In this document: piece by piece, positions 54,816 through 64,000 of the stretch | How the letters are laid out: the number at the start of each line of letters is the position of its first letter | How positions within the stretch are numbered: position 1 is the stretch's first letter | DNA from: an uncultured Azospirillum sp. | GTDB lineage: Bacteria; Pseudomonadota; Alphaproteobacteria; RF32; CAG-239 | Assembly: GCA_900538765.1 (NCBI GenBank) | Contig: UQAB01000008.1 | Location: 481 to 64,480 of the forward strand | DNA: 64,000 nucleotides | Reading direction: 5' to 3' | Position numbers and translations under genes: made by a program | The notes under the pieces: generated by a model | What the model saw: only the letters and a program-made list of their open reading frames with translations | What the model was told of the DNA's origin: nothing | The model's database searches: none

Positions 54816-57584
54816 CTAATTATATCTAGGGTCAACGCTTAACAAAACATTTAGTTTGTCTTTAATTTCGCCGACTCTTGTCGTTGCTGCATTTCTGGTT
54901 GCTTCTTCATTAAAGATTTTTCCGTTTCGGGCAGAAATAGCGCGGCGTTGGTTAACATAAGTGTTGACAGCATCATTATTAACGGTCTGCTGTAATTGTT
55001 GCTCATTTTGTTGCGCCTGCACATAAGCTTTATTGACGGCCTGAACTTTAGCCTCTGCCGCCTGAGCCATTTGTTCAAATCTGGCGGCCTGTGGCGTTCC
55101 CCGGGCGGCAGTCGCCTGTTGACGGGCTGCAGCTGCTTCTGCTTGGGCTTGCTTGGCAGCTTGTTCTGCTTTCAGCGTTTTTTCTTTTGCTTTTTGCAGT
55201 TCCTGAGAATGAGCCGCAAAATCATGAAGATTCCGTTCTGCTTCCCTCATAGCCGCCGTAACCTCCGGCGCTTCGTTCGGATTTATCCGCGGACCGGCAC
55301 TGCCCGGAGAAGCCTGCTGTCCGTTATTTCCGGTTTGCCGATTTTGTCCCTGACCTTGCCCCTGACCTTGATTCTGCCCCTGTCCTTGGCCGTTATTTGA
55401 TTGCTGTTGCTGGTTCTGTGGGTTATCTCCAATCTGTTGATTCTGTTGTTGCTGGTTCTGCCGATTATTGCCGAACTGCTGATTTTGCTGTTGGTTAGCA
55501 CCAGACTGTTGGTTTTGTTGTTGAGCCTGAGAATTTGATTTGGCTGCTTTGCCGCCAAATTTTCCTAATCCCAAAGCTCGGCCGATTCCGCCGGTTACCT
55601 TGTCTTTTCCTTTGTTTAATGCCGCAGTAATGCCGGTACGGCGTCCGACAGCCCCCATAGCTTTGCCGGCAAGGCCGACCACCCCGCCGACTTCGCCTTT
55701 TTTCGTCCCGACAGCCAGACCAGCCGCACCACTGTAAGCCAGAGTACCGAGAGAAGAACCGATTTTGGCATCTCCGCCGCCGCCGGCAAAAGTTGAAGCC
55801 AGAGCCGCCGCCTGCGCGGTTAGCTTGAAACCAAACAAACAGCAGGCCAGCAAAACCAAAAATCCGGAAAAACCAATATCCAGAAGGGCCTGTAAAACAC
55901 GAATGTCATTACCGTCAATAGCTTTTTGCAATGCGCTTCCGCCACCTTTTCCGCCGGTCAAAGACATCAGGATAAGCTGAATATTAACGCTGACAACCAA
56001 GCCCATCATGGCATAAGTAAAGAAAGTGTTCAAAAACATGGTCCAGCCTTGTTTGGTATAGCCACTGGTCATTTTGAACGGCCAACAGGCAATCAAAAAC
56101 GGCATAAGCGCACCGAGTATGCCGACACGGACGGTAGCGTCAATCAAATAGAAAGCAAAGGCTAAAGCAATTAAGAGAGAAAAGCCCCAGATAATCAAAC
56201 CTTGGAAAAACATGCTGAAATCCCAGATAGCATTTTCAATTTTTGTAACCACGAGATTGATAGAGGAAGCACCGGCATTGCGCGCCACGCACATCAAGGT
56301 AGAGCCGATACTCTGGGCTGTAGCAATTTCGGCCTGAACAGAACGGATAAAACAATCGAGTTTGACGTACAGGTAAGGCGGCAGGACTCCATCGTTAATA
56401 TTCATTTTTCCCGCCTGTGTGTTCAGATTAAGCTCATTGGAGCACCATTCGACATAACCGCTGCCGTTTTCAAACAAAACTGCTGAACCAAATTCCATGC
56501 CGGCAGATAAAATCGGACCGACAGCCAGGTTATAAATATATGATGCGTTGCTTAACAGAATATAGGCAAACATAACCTTAAAAGCCTGAATAAAAATTTC
56601 ATTGGTAAATTTGGGCGCATCTTGTTTGGTGAATGCGCTGACATATTTCAAAACCAAAAAGGCGATGTAAATGGCAAAACCAAGTATCATAACATAAGAA
56701 ATAGAGGTTGCCAAAACGGCATACGAATTGGTTGCCATTGTTTGTGCTGCGTTGAAAATAGTCAAAAACATCGGACAAAAGATGCAGCTTTGATTCTCGG
56801 CAAGCTTCGCCGGTAGGGGAATACATCCTTTGGTATTGCCCACAACGGTCTGATATTCGTCGTTTGAACCGAGTCCGACAGCCCCCATTCCTTTTGATAA
56901 ATAAGACTGGTCTTTCTTAATAAAGTAAATCGTTTCGCCTTGCTCTGTTACATATTTATAGACTTTTTGATTTGGAGATATTTCATCATAGGAATTCATC
57001 ATAACCTGTGCGTTGCGCGTATCATCACCGATTGCAATCATTTCTTCTGCAATTTTTGCCAACTGCGTATTTTTTGGATATTTTTCATAAACCATATCAA
57101 GCAGTTTTCTGGCTGTTTCACCTTTTTCTTCTGTAAATGCAGGTTTTATAATGGTATTCCATGAGTCACCTAAATGACTGGTAAAACGATCCCATGTTAT
57201 TTTTACACTGTTAAGAGCAGCATCCCCGGCAGCCGAAAATTCACCGGTAAAAAGATTTTTTAGCGCAGAGGCATTTGAAGAAATCAAATTCTTAGTTGCC
57301 TGAAAGTCATCTCCCAATTCTTGCATGCCTAACGCAGCTACAAATTCTGCTTTTTTTGCCCAGTATTTTTTATCATTCTCTTCATATTTTTTTTGCCACT
57401 TTTCTCTTTCTTTCATTAACTCATCTGCAGAGGCTTCTTCTTGAGCAATAAATCCTTTAATTTCATAAGGGTTGATTGGACCTTTGTTGTTGGTTGTCTG
57501 AGCAGAGGAAAAGCTTGTAAGAAAACAGCCCGCGAGAACCAGAAGCGGGAATAAAATATAATGTATTTTGCTCTTTTTCATCAT
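54816..57584 (-). CDS. TrbL/VirB6-like polytopic protein (922 aa) with a Gln/Asn-rich and coiled-coil C-terminus
   Basis: It has a signal or lipobox sequence LLVLAGC and a roughly 260-aa periplasmic N-domain. The TM core contains CIFCPMFLTIFNAAQ and FYLIDATVRVGILGALMPFLIACWPFKMTSG. The tail is G/A/K-rich, then Q/N-rich, then Ala/Gln coiled coil. Confidence 0.55.
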   Translation of the reverse strand: MMKKSKIHYILFPLLVLAGCFLTSFSSAQTTNNKGPINPYEIKGFIAQEEASADELMKEREKWQKKYEENDKKYWAKKAEFVAALGMQELGDDFQATKNLISSNASALKNLFTGEFSAAGDAALNSVKITWDRFTSHLGDSWNTIIKPAFTEEKGETARKLLDMVYEKYPKNTQLAKIAEEMIAIGDDTRNAQVMMNSYDEISPNQKVYKYVTEQGETIYFIKKDQSYLSKGMGAVGLGSNDEYQTVVGNTKGCIPLPAKLAENQSCIFCPMFLTIFNAAQTMATNSYAVLATSISYVMILGFAIYIAFLVLKYVSAFTKQDAPKFTNEIFIQAFKVMFAYILLSNASYIYNLAVGPILSAGMEFGSAVLFENGSGYVEWCSNELNLNTQAGKMNINDGVLPPYLYVKLDCFIRSVQAEIATAQSIGSTLMCVARNAGASSINLVVTKIENAIWDFSMFFQGLIIWGFSLLIALAFAFYLIDATVRVGILGALMPFLIACWPFKMTSGYTKQGWTMFLNTFFTYAMMGLVVSVNIQLILMSLTGGKGGGSALQKAIDGNDIRVLQALLDIGFSGFLVLLACCLFGFKLTAQAAALASTFAGGGGDAKIGSSLGTLAYSGAAGLAVGTKKGEVGGVVGLAGKAMGAVGRRTGITAALNKGKDKVTGGIGRALGLGKFGGKAAKSNSQAQQQNQQSGANQQQNQQFGNNRQNQQQQNQQIGDNPQNQQQQSNNGQGQGQNQGQGQGQGQNRQTGNNGQQASPGSAGPRINPNEAPEVTAAMREAERNLHDFAAHSQELQKAKEKTLKAEQAAKQAQAEAAAARQQATAARGTPQAARFEQMAQAAEAKVQAVNKAYVQAQQNEQQLQQTVNNDAVNTYVNQRRAISARNGKIFNEEATRNAATTRVGEIKDKLNVLLSVDPRYN
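55316..55540. repeat. Low-complexity CAG/CAA-type (Gln/Asn) and GQ-dipeptide microsatellite-like coding tract
   Basis: It encodes QQQNQQSGANQQQNQQFGNNRQNQQQQNQQ...GQGQGQNQGQGQGQGQ in the 922-aa protein. Confidence 0.75.
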
Positions 57585-57586
57585 GG

Positions 57587-57760
57587 CTATTTTCCTGTCC
57601 AGGGATTCCCTAAAATCTTAAAAGCGATGGCAAAAAGGATAACAATAGTTCCGATAGCCGTCCACAAAACCGTTTTTCCGGAAAAAAGCTCCAAAATGCC
57701 CGATGCGTATATGGCAATTACGATAAAAATAATTGCAAAATTTATAAGGACCGATTTCAT
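57587..57760 (-). CDS. Small two-TM membrane protein (57 aa), first gene of the VirB6-like array
   Basis: I chose the ATG at 57760 (GGAGAA 6 nt upstream). The sequence is MKSVLINFAIIFIVIAIYASGILELFSGKTVLWTAIGTIVILFAIAFKILGNPWTGK, and its stop is 2 nt before the next ATG. It may be a VirB2/VirB3-type analogue, but no motif supports that. Confidence 0.45.
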   Translation of the reverse strand: MKSVLINFAIIFIVIAIYASGILELFSGKTVLWTAIGTIVILFAIAFKILGNPWTGK

Positions 57761-57842
57761 CAAGCTTTCTCCGCACAGTTTTTTACTCTTATATAATACC
57801 ATAAAAAATCTCAAACTTATGTTACAGTTTTTTGATTTTTTA

Positions 57843-58697
57843 TTATTTGAATTTGCCCCTTTTTATAAAATTTAAGCTGGCATTAATGATTCTCTTGTTT
57901 TTAAAGGGACTAAAGCCGTTGTTCTTGATAACAATGGATTCTTTTGCTTTGTTCCAAGCTGCATCTTCAGGCGTGTTAAACCAGGATTTAATACATTTAG
58001 GCAGAAAACCTAAGATTCCCCATTCCCCTTCGCCATGCGTTGAAATAATGCCGATGTCGATTTTGGGATAAATATAAGGCGTGTCGTTGGTTATGACTGG
58101 ATTCGCTTCGCGCAGCATCGGGCCGAAAATCCAGCGGAATAAACGATATTTGCCGAATTTGCGGGCAAAACCATTGCCTTTGAGTGGCGGTGAAATTAAA
58201 ACGGCTTTGTTAATTTTCAAGTTCTTTTTCCAAGGTTCGGAAACATCTTGTTCCAGAAGTTTTTTCAAAAGAAGCCCGCCCATCCCGTTGGTGATAAAAG
58301 AAATTTCCTGCACGTCTTCAAGATGATTAAGAAAAAAGTTTAGCTGTTTCACGTGGGATTCCAAGCTTTTTCTGGTAGACGGATAATTAATGGCCGCAGC
58401 CAGATAGCCTCTTTTCAAGGCTTCCCGCCATAATGGTTTAAAAATGTTTTTTGTTTCGCCAAGGCCATGCAGCATAACAATCATATGCCCCTTTTGCCGA
58501 GCCAGCTGATACATGCTGATATAAGTAACAAAAGCCTGGCGGCATTCTCCGAAACTACCCTCGTAACGCCGGATGTCCCAAGGGTCAAGCAAACGAAATT
58601 CCTGGGTTTTGTAATGTCTTTGGATTCGCCATTTCTGGTAAAAGAAAACATCCTCCCAAAATTGTCCGCCGCCGCATGTAAAAAAATTAAATTTCAT
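57843..58697 (-). CDS. Alpha/beta-hydrolase-fold protein with a degenerate nucleophile elbow
   Basis: MLHGLGETKNIF (an HG oxyanion-type region) is followed by FITNGMGGLL where G-H-S-M-G-G is expected. The nucleophile codon is GGG (Gly) at 58284-58286. Confidence 0.5.
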   Translation of the reverse strand: MKFNFFTCGGGQFWEDVFFYQKWRIQRHYKTQEFRLLDPWDIRRYEGSFGECRQAFVTYISMYQLARQKGHMIVMLHGLGETKNIFKPLWREALKRGYLAAAINYPSTRKSLESHVKQLNFFLNHLEDVQEISFITNGMGGLLLKKLLEQDVSEPWKKNLKINKAVLISPPLKGNGFARKFGKYRLFRWIFGPMLREANPVITNDTPYIYPKIDIGIISTHGEGEWGILGFLPKCIKSWFNTPEDAAWNKAKESIVIKNNGFSPFKNKRIINASLNFIKRGKFK

Positions 58698-58700
58698 GAC

Positions 58701-59135
58701 TTATTTACTCTTTCCTGTAACGTTCATATTGGGAATCGCCGTTAATGTAACGAGTGAAGAATCCGAAGAATCCATTTCAATCAGAATCTGAACGGCACGT
58801 TGTCCGCGAATGTAAGTCATATGGCTGACTCTGGCGCGCACTGTCGCAACTTCAATCCAATTCAGTTTAGGCATTTCAGACATATAGAAGTCAAAAACCT
58901 CGCTGGACGTATACGGTGCTGTAAATACCAGGCTGCCAATCCAATTTTCGCCGCTGCCGAGAGCTTTGGTATCGCTTAAGTCAATATATGCCTGATTCGG
59001 AAAAGGGATATCCGGAAAATTTGCAAATGCAGGCGGTATCGCTGAACCGTCAATTCCTGTTATGGGAGTCTTTTCAGAAGAACAGGCCGCAAGTCCGCAT
59101 AGCAAAAGCATTGTAATTAAACATTTTTTTAACAT
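58701..59135 (-). CDS. Hypothetical lipoprotein (144 aa)
   Basis: It has the lipobox GLAACS and lies 3 nt upstream of the hydrolase-fold gene. Confidence 0.5.
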   Translation of the reverse strand: MLKKCLITMLLLCGLAACSSEKTPITGIDGSAIPPAFANFPDIPFPNQAYIDLSDTKALGSGENWIGSLVFTAPYTSSEVFDFYMSEMPKLNWIEVATVRARVSHMTYIRGQRAVQILIEMDSSDSSLVTLTAIPNMNVTGKSK

Positions 59136-59313
59136 TATATATCCTTAATCTTAAATTTTGAAACTAAATATTTATGAAAGTATACTTTATTATGGTTAAA
59201 AAATTGAAAATATTTTCAGATAGACAAAGGTAAAAAAATCAAATTTTTTTCCATTATAATTCAGGCAGTTATAAAATAATTAAAAAAAAATTCAAAATTT
59301 TTTATTTTTTATG

Positions 59314-59342
59314 TTGACATTCCCTGATTACTGTTCTATAAA
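59314..59342 (+). promoter_or_regulatory. rRNA operon promoter candidate with an A/T-rich UP-like element
   Basis: TTGACA (59314-59319), a 17-nt spacer and TATAAA (59337-59342). It is preceded by about 40 nt of A/T tracts and lies about 190 nt upstream of the 16S 5' end. Confidence 0.6.
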
Positions 59343-59529
59343 CCAGCTCACCGGCCGATGAGATAACAACATCAAAAAAGCTGGTGGTTATAACTACAGG
59401 GATTGAATATGAAGAAGAGGGGATACGCAGACGGTGTACTGTAAAGTATAATAAAGTCTGTGATATTTCTAAAGGAACCAAGAAAATTCTTTTGAAGAAA
59501 GTAAGACAGACAGGATTGAGAAATCATTT

Positions 59530-61036
<1,507 letters not shown>

Positions 61037-61121
61037 AAAGACAAAAAAGTATGGTATACCGTCTACGTATCCTCTTCGACAAGAAAAGAAAAACTGGTGA
61101 GAGACCTTTAAGTTGAATTAA

Positions 61122-61198
<77 letters not shown>

Positions 61199-61205
61199 CT
61201 TAATT

Positions 61206-61281
61206 GGGGGTATAGCTCAGCTGGGAGAGCACCTGCTTTGCAAGCAGGGGGTCAGGAGTTCGATCCTCCTTACCTCCACCA
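61206..61281 (+). tRNA. tRNA-Ala (anticodon TGC)
   Basis: GGGGGTATAGCTCAGCTGGGAGAGCACCTGCTTTGCAAGCAGGGGGTCAGGAGTTCGATCCTCCTTACCTCCACCA. Confidence 0.95.
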
Positions 61282-61459
61282 AGAATTTCTTTTCAGGATA
61301 GTTATAAAGAAACAGTGAATAAGAAAAAGAAACGAATTAGAGTAAAATCTAAGGAGAATAAAAAAGTAAAAGTATAATTACACCTTTTATGATATATGAA
61401 AATATGAAATAAAACGGGTAAATTTTACTGAGAAGTATAGATAAGCAAATTATTTATAC

Positions 61460-64000
<2,541 letters not shown>

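Noticed and set aside
40534-59135. Interpreting the block as an ordinary conjugative plasmid or ICE transfer region
   Set aside because: The window has no relaxase, coupling protein, VirB4/VirB11 ATPase, oriT-like repeat or integrase. The block is flanked by apaG and an rRNA operon. I cannot exclude missing parts elsewhere in the genome.

Overview
This 64-kb chromosomal window reads as an anaerobic alphaproteobacterium. The 16S 5' region is AACGAACGCTGGCGGCAGGCTTAACACATGCAAG. The rrn operon at 59.5-64 kb runs 16S - tRNA-Ile(GAT) - tRNA-Ala(TGC) - 23S, with the 23S cut by the window end. nrdD/nrdG and hydE are present. About two thirds is housekeeping with familiar synteny: rodZ-like/ispG/hisS/prfA, dnaE, psd-pssA, yfgM-like/bamB-like/der, tkt, ptsP, plus a GGDEF cyclase and a RumA-type methyltransferase.

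The unusual part is an 18.6-kb co-directional minus-strand block at 40.5-59.1 kb. It encodes only envelope or secreted proteins plus one regulator:
- a small 2-TM protein followed by four tandem, strongly expanded TrbL/VirB6-like polytopic proteins (459-1331 aa), one of which carries an N-terminal M23 peptidase;
- a tandem-HTH regulator with an S24-like C-terminus;
- an operon with an 807-aa acidic repeat protein, a secretin-like lipoprotein and a Pro/Gln-rich bitopic protein.
I saw no NTPase (VirB4/VirB11/VirD4-like) in the block. A lone VirB8-like gene sits 24 kb away beside dnaE.

Other notable items:
- two diverged copies of a roughly 210-nt structured RNA, each ending in an intrinsic terminator directly upstream of a secreted or lipoprotein gene, which makes it a riboswitch/attenuator candidate;
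- an nrdD whose glycyl-radical domain is encoded by a separate small ORF;
- tandem NrdR boxes and a DnaA-box cluster upstream of nrdD;
- several degenerate enzymes.

I saw no CRISPR array, transposase or integrase. All calls come from reading the translations and the DNA by eye. No database search was run.
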